A DNA stretch of 15,121 bases from contig MTSL01000028.1 in NCBI GenBank assembly GCA_002794465.1, positions 1-15,121 on the forward strand, written 5' to 3'. Origin of the DNA: Paramicrosporidium saccamoebae KSL3. Lineage: Eukaryota > Fungi > Cryptomycota. A program made the translations under genes and the position numbers. This document shows, piece by piece, positions 1-9,656 of the stretch. The notes under the pieces are model-generated. The model had not been told where the DNA came from and ran no database searches. It worked only from the letters and a program-made list of their open reading frames with translations. Each line of letters starts with the position of its first letter. Within the stretch, counting starts at the first letter, position 1.

Positions 1-247
1 CCCCCCCCTTTCTTGCTTGAAAGTCCATACTATTTATCCCCCACTACGTAACAAGCAGTGATTGGCGGCGTCACCTACTCTCATCAACAAAGCCCCTACG
101 TCACACAAACATCACATTAATTGACAAAATTGTTTGATATAACCGATAGTAGCCAATAGTCAGCCATATTGTCCTATTTAGGCTTCAAATTTGTTTGATT
201 GGACGCCGTTGCATGTTTTGAGCCAGACTCAATTGGGATTTTCTGTT

Positions 248-842
248 ATGGGTACCTCTCTTGAATCCACAGCCGCTCGGCAATCTGAGACTGTTTTGGT
301 GGAAAGTGCACTGCTTCCACGTGACACTCCTAGCCCAACAACAACAGAAGAGGCAGCCGTAATCCGTACCCCACGCGTACATACCCGCATGACAATATAG
401 GGAGACGGAATGCTGCCAAGGAAAAGGATGATGTCATGCTTCGCCTGTTGTTAGTGAGTGGTAATCGCTGCGACTTTACCTGTCCCCTACGCTCCTCAAT
501 CCACCAGATCAAGCAAAATATTATACAAAACTGGCCAAAAGGTATTTTGGATAAGTGGGCATACGAATTTCTAGAATGGACTGAAGAAGAGCGAGCTGAA
601 AATGTAGAGCGCTTAAGGATTCTTTATCATGGACGATTCCTGGAAGACGGTATCACACTGGAAAGTATAGCTTTTGGATATTTAAAATTACCCGTGTAGG
701 CCTGAATCTGCCCAAGGAAGAGTTCATAACGATGCATCTATTGATTAGGACCAGCACATACGATAAGGAAACAAAACCTACCAAGCAATCCAAGATGCGA
801 AGTAGTCAAAGCGGATCCTGCTGTGCCTGTCTACAGATGTAG
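248..842 (+). CDS. UBL3: UBL3/MUB-like membrane-anchored ubiquitin-fold protein with C-terminal CaaX
   Basis: Exons 248-365, 401-541, 575-664, 700-842; GT-AG introns 366-400, 542-574, 665-699. The spliced product reads ...VMLRLLLVSGNRCDF...IKQNIIQNWPKEWTEEERAENVERLRILYHGRFLEDGITLESLNLPKEEFITMHLLIR...GSCCACLQM*. This matches UBL3 motifs (WP.EW, LRLIYQGRFL, TVMHLV) and ends in CaaX (CLQM). Exon 1 and its donor are the least certain part. Confidence 0.82.
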
Positions 843-1010
843 AAAATCCACACATGCCCACTATTCTACGCGCTGTCGAAAATAAATGAGCATTTTCATT
901 TTGAACTATCACCTAGCGGGGATTACCACCGATTCTTTTGGGTGAAAGAGGCTTGTCCATTGACAATATTAAGAAAATGTTCTTTCCATCGGATCTCTCG
1001 TATTTTCAAC

Positions 1011-1279
1011 AAACCCCACACTGCTCAAATCGATAAAACCCATACTATTCAGCTCGATAAATCTCACACTATTCAATTCGATAAACCTCACACTATTCAA
1101 CTCGATAAACCTCACACTATTCAATTCGACAAACCCCACACTAGTCAATTCGATAAACCTCATACTATTCAGCTCGATAAACCTCACACTGATCTACCCA
1201 GCAAACCTCACGTACACCAATCTACCCAGCAAACCTCACGTACACCAATCTACTCAAACCTCACACTATTCAACTCAAC
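1011..1279. repeat. 24-bp minisatellite (consensus AAACCTCACACTATTCAACTCGAT), about 11 units with degenerate 3' units
   Basis: Units start at 1011, 1035, 1059, 1083, 1107, 1131, 1155, 1179 (24 nt each), then 1203 (28 nt), 1231 (25 nt) and 1256 (24 nt). Units abut directly with no spacers. Confidence 0.95.
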
Positions 1280-1362
1280 ATACACCAATCAATTCATCAT
1301 ACCAAATAATTACGCCGCCCAGAATTTAAAGACGTTAATTTTTCTTTCTTTTCCTCGAGAAA

Positions 1363-3479
1363 ATGACCTCGGCCCTTACTGGAATGGATTCTTTACCTTC
1401 CAAGGATGTTGCCTTGTTTAAATCTACACTGGTACTACAAATCGTCTTTTATTATTAATGATTTAGAAATACTACGAGTACAAGCAGTACAAAAAAGGGT
1501 TGAAAGTCTGTGAGACGCTATTAAAAAAGCACCCTGAGCACGGCGAATCTTTGGCAATGAAGGGCCTATTCCTCAGTAATCTTAATAGAAAGGACGAGGG
1601 ATATGAACATGTCAGAATTGGCCTTAAATACAGCCTCAAGAGCCACGTATGCTGGCACGTGTATGGTCTGATGTATCGAGCAGACAAGAACTACGACGAG
1701 GCCATAAAGTGCTATCGAAATGCATTGAGGTTCGACAAAGATAACGGCCAGATTTTGAGAGAACTTGCCGTGTTGCAGCTACAGACACGGCAGTATGCGG
1801 CATTGGTGGACACTCGGTATCAGCTGCTCTCTCTTCGACCAGTGGTTAAATTAAGTTGGGTTAGTTTGGCCATAGCTTACCATCTGAATAGAAAGTTTGA
1901 GCAGGCCGTTGGCATTCTAGATGCCATATTTGAAGGATTTCCTGTCGAATGCGACACCCGCTCATTCCACATTGAACAAAGCGAGCTCATTTTCTACAAG
2001 TCATTGATTCTACGCGAAAGTGGAAATTATGAAGCGGCATTCCATGCCATTGACAAGAGCAATTTCGTCCATGTAGATTCTCTGGAATGGAATGAACGTC
2101 GCGCCCAATTGCTTACAGACATGAAGAGCTATCATGAGGCGTCAATTATATACGAGAAACTCTTGAAATATAACCCAGATTCTAGCTGTGCTCTTCAAGG
2201 GTACATCAAGTGCATGCGCTTGCAAAGTACTGAAGATGAGATATCCATTCTTTCCGGCTTGGCCAAAAAATATCCGCGGTCTATCTTGCTTCAATCTGAA
2301 ATTATGAAAACTGCCGATTTGGACATTCTGAAAGGGGTTTTGTCCAATAATGTTCTTCCACGCGCTCGGAGAGGCATTCTAAGTGCATTCAGCATGATCC
2401 GGCGTTTGTACAAGAATCCAGATTACCTTCCAATTTTGCAGCAGTTCTGTGAGCAGCTGGAGAGTTCTTTGCCCACTGAGTCTGGAGATGATCTGGCTTG
2501 GATTCATGTTCTCATAGCCCAACATTATTCTCTTTTTGACGGTGGGTTGCACGGGGACAAGGCGGTTTTTAATATGGAGTGTGCAACAAAATTGAAGCCC
2601 GACGTGCCTGAAGTATTCCTATATTATGCAAAAATATTGCGCCGTCTTGGACTAGTGGAGAAAGCAGCTGATTGCATGGAGTACGCAAGTGGACTGGATC
2701 GATCAGATAGATTTTTAAACACAAAGGCTGCAAAATACTTTCTTCGTGCCGGGCGAATTGACGAAGCAAAGAGGCTAGCCGTTCTTTTTGTCAAAAAGGG
2801 GGAACCTGAAGCCCAGCTTCAGGACCTGGTTGAGATGCAAGTTTTATGGTTTGCGTTGGAAATGGGGCGTGCCTATCAATCAAAGCAGGATCATGCACAA
2901 GCCTTGAGCTATTTTAACCAAATTAAGAAGCACTTTTTGGACTTTTATGAAGACCAGTTTGATTTTCATAACTATGTGCTGCGGAGGATGACTTTGGGCT
3001 CTTACATCAGTTTACTGCGATATGAAGATGTTATTAGCGGCCATCCAGAGTTTTTCAAAGCAGCCAATTTGGCAGTCAAGAGTCTTTTGCATCTTTACGA
3101 CACGCAATCGAATGATATTGAAAATGGCCTTTCTAAATTGGACTTGTCAGGCTCTGCTGATTATTTAGAGTCGGCTAAATACTGGGTTGATCTGCTGATT
3201 GCATTTAGATCAAAGGATGCCACCTCGCAAAGGCTTGCTTTTGAAGTTTATATCAGGCTTGGGCTTTTGACAAAGGCAGCACGCTGTATTGTCTTGGCTG
3301 ACGGCTGCTTCACAAAAGAAGCAATTGACACATTGCTTGCCCGATTGCCAGAGGGAAGCCCAGAGACAGAGGCCATTCTCTCTCTATTAAAAGATGCACG
3401 TACAGCCAGTGAGACTACAAAGTCGTACAATTCAAAATCTTTAGAAGTGCCCATTTTGGACAAGCTTTTATCACGCTGA
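1363..3479 (+). CDS. NAA15: NatA N-terminal acetyltransferase auxiliary subunit (TPR protein), about 693 aa
   Basis: Exon 1 1363-1431 (MTSALTGMDSLPSKDVALFKSTL), intron 1432-1466, exon 2 1467-3479. Hallmark motifs: KQYKKGLK, HGESLAMKG, SHVCWHVYGL, YDEAIKCYRNAL, DRFLNTKAAKYFLR, EDQFDFHNYVLRRMTLGSYISLLRYED. Confidence 0.96.
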
Positions 3480-3541
3480 TCAAAGTTTTATCTTTATTAA
3501 TCGTTCGATAATAAAATACATTGAAAGTGCGACTCCACGCT

Positions 3542-4519
3542 TTATTGTGATTCATAGCCATTCATGCTGGGACTCTTTGCATCTCCCGAGTCTTCAGGTA
3601 AAAAGGTAATCACCGTTTTGAGCATGTCCGAGTACTTTACCAATACAGGGTTCATCGGGTCAATGTACGAGAGCTGTCCAGCAATCTCGGCCACCATTTG
3701 GTTTACTTGCAAAATTTTCCTGACAGAAGCTTCTAAGATTTCGCCCTTGTTCATTTTACTCGCAGCATTCGTATCCAACCCACCGCTGTGGGCCGATACA
3801 AGCAGGGCCAGCCTGGCTATCATTATATTAATTAGATCCCTTCGGCGCCGCTCCACAAGATTGTGGTTTTCCTTGCGCCGTCGCTGTTTCTCCATCTGTT
3901 GTTCAACAGTTGTTAGTGAGCTGGCACGGAAGGAAAACATTGATTCATTCAAACTTCGTGGAGATGCAGCTATCAATGGACCCAATTTGTTACTATTCAT
4001 CTGCGCCCTCTCCAGTGGAGGTGACTGAGGTGAAAATGTTTCATCAGTAGGTTGGCTGTGTCCATAAAAATGAAAAGGGGCCATGATATCATGCAAAGTT
4101 CCAGCAGTATGAGACATTCCAATTGGAGAAGGCATTGGCGCGGCAGGTGGACCAGCCAAATAAGTTGAGCCAGCGTCATTCCCCATAGAAAACCTCATGG
4201 CATTATTCATTTGAACACGGCCAGCACTAGAGGAGGCTGGGACGTATTTGGACGACGGGCCCGTTATAGGGATGGCAGAGGAGTGGGGAGCCTCCGGCTG
4301 CGCTTTGGGAATGCGATAGGCACTGCCGGCGTCAAAGACCATCGTATCGCTTCCGTTAGGAAGACTTTGGCCCAAACACTCTTCCACAATGTAATCTTGT
4401 GGGTCGATAGAATGTGTATACCCGGCCATATTATCTGATGCCATTTGTACTCCTTGCACATCCAGTCCAAACACTGAAAATGGAGGCCTGCTACTCCAAT
4501 CTTCTTTCCTTGAACCCAT
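3542..4519 (-). CDS. bHLH transcription factor, E-box-binding class (USF/MiTF/Cbf1-like)
   Basis: Long low-complexity N-terminus followed by RRRKENHNLVERRRRDLIN...MNKGEILEASV, with the H5-E9-R13 basic-region signature. First ATG is at 4519; the track start at 4540 is TTG. Confidence 0.85.
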   Translation of the reverse strand: MGSRKEDWSSRPPFSVFGLDVQGVQMASDNMAGYTHSIDPQDYIVEECLGQSLPNGSDTMVFDAGSAYRIPKAQPEAPHSSAIPITGPSSKYVPASSSAGRVQMNNAMRFSMGNDAGSTYLAGPPAAPMPSPIGMSHTAGTLHDIMAPFHFYGHSQPTDETFSPQSPPLERAQMNSNKLGPLIAASPRSLNESMFSFRASSLTTVEQQMEKQRRRKENHNLVERRRRDLINIMIARLALLVSAHSGGLDTNAASKMNKGEILEASVRKILQVNQMVAEIAGQLSYIDPMNPVLVKYSDMLKTVITFLPEDSGDAKSPSMNGYESQ

Positions 4520-4737
4520 TGTGCACACTTGTTGTTTCAACAGACGGTTAAATATCCCGGCTGCGCGCGATGACCTTCAAGGTCGGTTGGATTGTTGATG
4601 CACCCCTGCGCACTTTTGTGGACAGTTTGTGGAAACAACAAAGTGGAATGGTCAGCATCACTACCAATCAGAACTAATATCCTCAAAGTGGACTAAAGTG
4701 TGGTCACCAGTACGGTTGGATTTCGAGGGTTCAAAAA

Positions 4738-4810
4738 TGGAGGTTCAGGGAATCGAACCCTGTGCCTCTCGCATGCGAAGCGAGCGCTCTACCAAATGAG
4801 CTAAACCCCC
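4738..4810 (-). tRNA. tRNA-Ala(CGC), intronless
   Basis: Cloverleaf: acceptor GGGGGTT/AACCTCC with the G3:U70 alanine identity pair, D-arm GCTC/GAGC, anticodon arm CTCGC-TT(CGC)AT-GCGAG, T-arm CAGGG-TTCGATT-CCCTG. A TTTTT Pol III terminator follows. Confidence 0.97.
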
Positions 4811-4923
4811 GTTCGCTGGAGTGGGGAATGGTAATATCATTACTACTACGCTCTACTGCAAAGAAGGCCAGGTTAATATGACTGGTACTACACTTTATTG
4901 TAAAGACAGGCCGGCGGTAGGAT

Positions 4924-5895
4924 ATGGCCTCTCCCAGTGATGAAGCCACTCTTAGACTCCATATTAGGGGTACCCTTTTGGAGTGTTATAAACTGTTTAG
5001 AGCTGGTAAATGAGGCGCATTTAGAAAGCTGCACAGTCAAAAGTATATTGAATGCCTTGGAATCCAGGCTAAATACCACAGAGGTCTCGGTCGACTTGAT
5101 CAAAGACCTGATTGATACGGCTCTAATGGAGCGAGTTCTGTCTGAAGAAGATGCCAAGGTGGCCAAGCAACTCCAAGAAGAAGAATTGGGGCGGTCAAGG
5201 ACCCGATCCACTCGCCCTCGCAACGCTCCAAAGCCATCACCAAAGAAGCAAGCCCCTCGGGCTCGAAAGATTGGTGCCACCGGCTTTAATAAGCCAATGA
5301 TTCTGTCGGACGCATTGAGTGAGCTATTAGATGGCACTAAAATGGTTTCTGTGCTGTGCTGTATTTTATTCTGTAGCTCTCTCGGCCAGCCGTCGTCAAG
5401 AAAATTTGGGAATATGTCAAATCTAATGAACTGCAGGATCCGGCGAACAGGAAAATCATCCAGTGCGATCCCAAAATGGAGGCCGTTTTCAAGAGGAAGC
5501 GCCTGGACTGTTTTCAAATGAATCGATTTTTGGGGAGCCACTTGCGCAGTCCTGAAGAAGTCGTAGAGTCCAAAACGCAATCTGACACAGATGATGAGGC
5601 TGCCGATCTTCCACCATCGCCAAAGAAACCCAACATTTCACATGGCTTTCCCGTACCGCCGAGACTCAGGGACATGGTTCCCGAACTTCAATCGCCCGTG
5701 CAATATCGGCAGATCCAGGAAGGCTGCCTTGAGTATGTCAAAACGAAAAGGCTCTTTGACCCTGAGAATCCTACGAGCATTGATATTGACGACGTTATCC
5801 GTACATGTTTGGGTCTTCAGGGAGAGACAAAGCTAAGTTTATTCGATTTTGTTGACCGAGTCAAGTCGATTATCGAAGACGACTCAAGTCTCTGA
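4924..5895 (+). CDS. DEK-C plus SWIB/MDM2 domain protein (UAF30/Tri1/Spp27-like) with a second degenerate SWIB, about 302 aa
   Basis: Exons 4924-4969, 5001-5344, 5377-5895; introns 4970-5000 and 5345-5376. N-terminus SDEATLRLHIRELVNEAHLESCTVKSILNALE is DEK-C-like. GFNKPMILSDALSELL..LSRPAVVKKIWEYVKSNELQDPANRKIIQCD is a canonical SWIB. EYVKTKRLFDPENPTSIDID is SWIB-like. Confidence 0.88.
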
Positions 5896-5962
5896 TTGGT
5901 GTATCCTTGGCAACCTTAACGTAAATGTATTTGCGCGATTTGTGTGCTTGTTTGTTGCGAAC

Positions 5963-5970
5963 TATATAAA
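5963..5970 (+). promoter_or_regulatory. Putative TATA box (TATATAAA)
   Basis: Canonical TATA sequence ending 27 nt upstream of the ATG at 5998. Confidence 0.5.
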
Positions 5971-5997
5971 GGACACTGTTGGGCGCCTTATCCCATC

Positions 5998-6663
5998 ATG
6001 AGATTAGTTCCTTTTGCTTTTTGCGCCTATATCGCCCACGTTGCGGCTACAGACTTCTATATCACTTCGCCATATGCTGTGATTAGCTGGAAGGCTGGCT
6101 CTGATGCCAAGATTACTTGGGACATTATTCCCGGTGGTCCCGCTGTCTCCTCTGTAAACATCGATCTAATGGACGGAGGCGATCCTAACGCACATGTCCT
6201 TATGCCCATTGTAAGTGGCCTTGACCCCCAAGTCACCCAATACCAGTGGAAAGTGCCTAGTGACTTTCCGGAGAGCTCCACAGTGTTTGTAAGAGTCAGT
6301 GGTACCGGAGGAGACGCACAAGTACAGCGATACAGCCATCGTTTCGTGATCAAGGGTTCTGGAGAACAACAAGCTCAGGCCGAGGTGCCACAGAATCGAA
6401 AGCCTCAACCATCGGTGTCTCAGGCGCTCCCTACACAGTCGGCGGTCGCTAGCAGTAGCAGCCAATGCGAAAGTGTAGAGTCCACTACATCACAAACCAC
6501 TTCGATTCGACCCCTCACGGCCGAGTCAGAGGATGATTCAACAACTAGTTCAGCGATTACAGCGGTGCGCAGACAAGCCAAGAACGAAGCTTCCGCAAGC
6601 AATGAATTTGATAGTCTTGTCAAGGTCATGCTGGTGGTGTTGTCGTTGGCCTTTATGATTTGA
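5998..6663 (+). CDS. Secreted Ser/Thr-rich, probably GPI-anchored protein with a Kre9/KNH-like N-terminal Ig-like domain
   Basis: ATG at 5998. Signal-peptide-like MRLVPFAFCAYIAHVAA, then ITSP...W.AG....ITW...YQWKVP...YSHRFVI, a Ser/Thr-rich stalk and a hydrophobic C-terminal tail (LVKVMLVVLSLAFMI). AATAAA follows at 6665-6670. Confidence 0.8.
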   Translation: MRLVPFAFCAYIAHVAATDFYITSPYAVISWKAGSDAKITWDIIPGGPAVSSVNIDLMDGGDPNAHVLMPIVSGLDPQVTQYQWKVPSDFPESSTVFVRVSGTGGDAQVQRYSHRFVIKGSGEQQAQAEVPQNRKPQPSVSQALPTQSAVASSSSQCESVESTTSQTTSIRPLTAESEDDSTTSSAITAVRRQAKNEASASNEFDSLVKVMLVVLSLAFMI

Positions 6664-6689
6664 AAATAAAATTTGCTTCTGGTTTAACG

Positions 6690-6771
6690 GGTCAGATGGC
6701 CGAGCGGTCTAAGGCGTGGCGTTAAGGCCGCCATCTCTTCGGAGGCGTGGGTTCGAACCCCACTCTGATCA
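6690..6771 (+). tRNA. tRNA-Leu(AAG), class II with long variable arm, intronless
   Basis: Acceptor GGTCAGA/TCTGATC, D-arm GCCGAGCGGTCTAAGGC, anticodon arm TGGCG-TT(AAG)GC-CGCCA, variable arm CTCTTCGGAG, T-arm GTGGG-TTCGAAC-CCCAC. T6 terminator at 6774-6779. Confidence 0.97.
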
Positions 6772-6810
6772 TATTTTTTGACCCCCTTGCTGGCAGAGAG
6801 GGTGTATCTG

Positions 6811-9156
6811 ATGAGCTTGCCAGTGAAGGAATTCTTGGGCCATTCTGTATTATTTGAAATCGGGCCTATTGACTTGCCCGACACCGTTGAGCATGCTCAT
6901 TTTTATCGTTATTCTGTACTCAAGCAACAGTGGAGCGAAAAGGGCGAAGCCGAAGTGACTGCTCTCGTGGCCAAGCAGGCCACTCGCTCTGCTGAGACAT
7001 ACTCTGACTTGATGCAAGGCCTTTTGTACGGAATTCTTTCAGAGGCTACCATGGCTTCAAGTGTAATTCAGTCTTCCTTTTAATTTCTGTAGTATTTTCA
7101 GCTCCTTCAGTACTGTGTAAATGATGAGTGGGCCCAGTTCATCGAGCAACTGAAATACTATACATACACAAAGTTCTTGCAAGCCAAACCTAGTACCCGA
7201 GAGCAAATTTTCTGGATTGTGGCACGCATGGTTTCCTTAAATATTAAAGGCTCCGATGGTCTCATTCTTGGCCTTTTCCGTCAGCTAAGAAGCGGGGATC
7301 GTTCGGCAGAGAATATGTGGCTCGTAAAGTCACTTGCTGCCCTGCTCCACGAAAATCAAAACTGGATCCTTAGTTCGCCATCCATCATTCCCTATGTCAT
7401 ATATGCTTTTCTCCGTCTTTTATCAGAAAACTTTTTGGACAGTTCTATTCAAAAGCCATTGGTTGAGATTTGTATTGAATTGCTACGTCAAAAATATGGC
7501 GAATGCTCGTTATTGGGACGCGATCTCGTGCGGTGTCTCCTTGAGGTTTCTCAAATTGCAGAATTTCAGCAGTTTTGGAATTGGCTGCTTCGTCCCACAG
7601 CGGATGGACCCGCACCAGTCAGTCGATTGCTGCTCACTCCTACTCCCCGGAAGTATCTTGCTATGCGCTTGACTCCGAGAATGGAAACAGATCTCCATTT
7701 CCTACTCGAGACTTGCAAAAGCGCCAAGCAGAATTTCTATATCCCCCTATTCTTAGCTGATAACCTTCCATCTGCTCCGGCCGATGATTGTGGTGCCATG
7801 ATTGTGGATCTCATTCGCTATGTTGTGGCCTGTTTCCACCCAAAAAATTCCGTCTTGGTGTCCCCAGTAGTTCAGCGGTGGGCTTTCATCGTGGCGCTGC
7901 TGAAACATATCAAAACGAGCTATTGCGCCGCAAGCGCCAAGCTGGCTCTCTTCTTGGATTGGTTTTTCTTTGATCCTCAAGTAGACAGCATCATGTGCAT
8001 TGAACCTGGCCTTCTCGTCATTGTCAAGTCCATGGTAAATTACCCTAATATCACAGTCACCTTGTTGGATTTCCTGCTGTTGTCGCGTGATTCATTCTAC
8101 CCTCCTATGGCTGCATATTGTGCAATGTGCATCGCTCGGGCATTCTCTGTAAGTGTTGAAAAAGGAGTCATTCCTTCAATAGACGCAATTTTGGGGAGCC
8201 CGTTGCTGCAAGAAGACGTGAAACAAACCTGTCGTTCTCTCGTCTCGCCTTCAGGGATAGTTGATGATGCTTTAATCAACTCGATAAATAGTCTTGAAAG
8301 CTGCATTGGAACTCGGGTTACTAATGAGGATGCCGAAGCAAAGGTGGAAGAATGGCTAAAATCTATCAGGAGGATTTCGCATAAAGTGTCATTCGGGAAG
8401 CGGGAGCTTGAAGCCCTTGCCAACTTCATCAATGGCAAACTATCGAGTGTGATTCTTGCCTCCGACACCGACTCGACTTCAATGATCTGGATTAATGCGC
8501 TGATCCGAAAACTGCCCCAATTTCAAGATATCATCCCCAGCATTGATCTTTCCAGTGTAAGCCATACGGGAGAAGATTCTCACGAGACACTCTTTTCCAA
8601 ACTAATGCTCGATCCTGCAGCACCATTGAGCGCCAATGACATTCATGTACTCTGTGGTTCTTTCCTGACGCTGGTCGGAAAAATGGAGCAGGCTGATCCC
8701 GCTACTATTGAGAAACATTCAGCTGCCATGTGTATACTAGCACATAGAATCTCTCTCGGACAAGACACAATGTGCCGTTTTTTGAAAGATTCCGTGTTCC
8801 GGGAGACAGCTAACCAACGCTTTACTCTTATCCTGGAAAATATGCTACGGATAAGTGATCCCAATGTCCAGGAATATGTTTTGAATGGGATCAAGTCTCT
8901 TTTAGAATCGACTGAAGATGGTCACAGTTTTACAAACATAAGCACTTTTCTGCTCATACTCTCGGGGAAAATCTCCCCTAATGTGAGGACACAATTTATA
9001 GAAGTTTCGGCTGCCCTCTTGGCCAAGTTGCCGGCCTCCACTGGGAATTTGTATTTGGCAGGTTTGACGTATTCCTTGCAAACTAGTGGAATCGATATCC
9101 CTGATGCACTAAAAGCAAGCAATGCCCAGTTATTCAAGTCACTCCTCAACGAATAA
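6811..9156 (+). CDS. INTS3: Integrator complex subunit 3 / SOSS-A homologue, about 771 aa
   Basis: Exon 1 6811-7062, intron 7063-7092 (GTAATT...TGTAG), exon 2 7093-9156. INTS3 motifs: LLGRDLVRCL, RKYLAMRLTPRMETDLHFL, DLIRYVV...HP.N.VL, QRWA, AKLALFLDWFFFDP..DSIMCIEP, ITVTLLDFL. The C-terminal ~300 aa are divergent. Confidence 0.92.
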
Positions 9157-9175
9157 AGTCTTATATTACTGCTAA

Positions 9176-9656
9176 TTACAGTTGGAGCGAATTGAGAAAA
9201 TGTGGCGACGAGTGAGGCTCTAGAGTATAAACCACGGGAAAGAAACATACCATTTAGTATATCTTCGACGTTTATGGTTTCGTCTGATCCCTCAATGATT
9301 GATAGCCCAAGGCGAGATGACGGGAGTCCTGGGAGACGAGTGCACTCTCCAAGGATTGACTTTTCGGCCATAATCCGGGTGGTAATATGTGCTCCAAGGA
9401 GACGCGTCCCCAGAGTACAGCGGCGTTGTTCGTCTTCCTCAGAGACCTGGTAATTAGTGTACTGCAGTTTAATCACTACGGTATTCAAAGTCGCAACTAG
9501 CGGGTGTCGAGGAGCCAGGTCATGTGCTATCGAATGAAGTCCGTTTCGAAGAGTGTCGTGCACTCCATATGGCCCATTAGCACAAACAGTCCGCTTATGC
9601 TCGACGGATAAATCGCCAACAGCCAATTCAGCTGAGGAAGACTGCAAATGTACCAT
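9176..9656 (-). CDS. UMP1: Proteasome maturation factor UMP1/POMP, about 139 aa
   Basis: Exons (minus strand) 9656-9480, 9446-9251, 9219-9176; introns 9479-9447 (contains CTAAT branch motif) and 9250-9220. Motifs GPYGVHDTLRNGL...RHPL and RLPGLPSSRLGLSIIEGSDETINVEDILN match POMP/Ump1. The start codon is less certain. Confidence 0.88.

Noticed and set aside
1011-1279. CRISPR array
   Set aside because: Units abut with no unique spacers, there are no cas genes, and the context is eukaryotic.
942-1421. 159-aa ORF with KPHTIQLD repeats (and antisense ORF 969-1187) as a real gene
   Set aside because: GTG start with no in-frame ATG, and it overlaps NAA15 exon 1 out of frame. Only about 8 of 17 unit substitutions are at third codon positions, which is not a convincing coding signal. 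Openness is explained by a 3n repeat unit.
4545-4658. Possible upstream coding exon for the bHLH gene from the ATG at 4658
   Set aside because: The ATG is only 5 nt from the CCAAT box, so it is probably upstream of the TSS, and I found no convincing 30-39-nt intron linking it in frame.
4888-5580. 230-aa minus ORF and other antisense ORFs (3564-4028, 9845-10348, 11931-12428, 8097-8468)
   Set aside because: Shadow frames of well-supported genes, with no family motifs.
8922-9175. Extension of the 244-aa minus ORF antisense into INTS3
   Set aside because: It results from reading through the 9250-9220 intron; the spliced UMP1 ends at 9176 with a family-like C-terminus.
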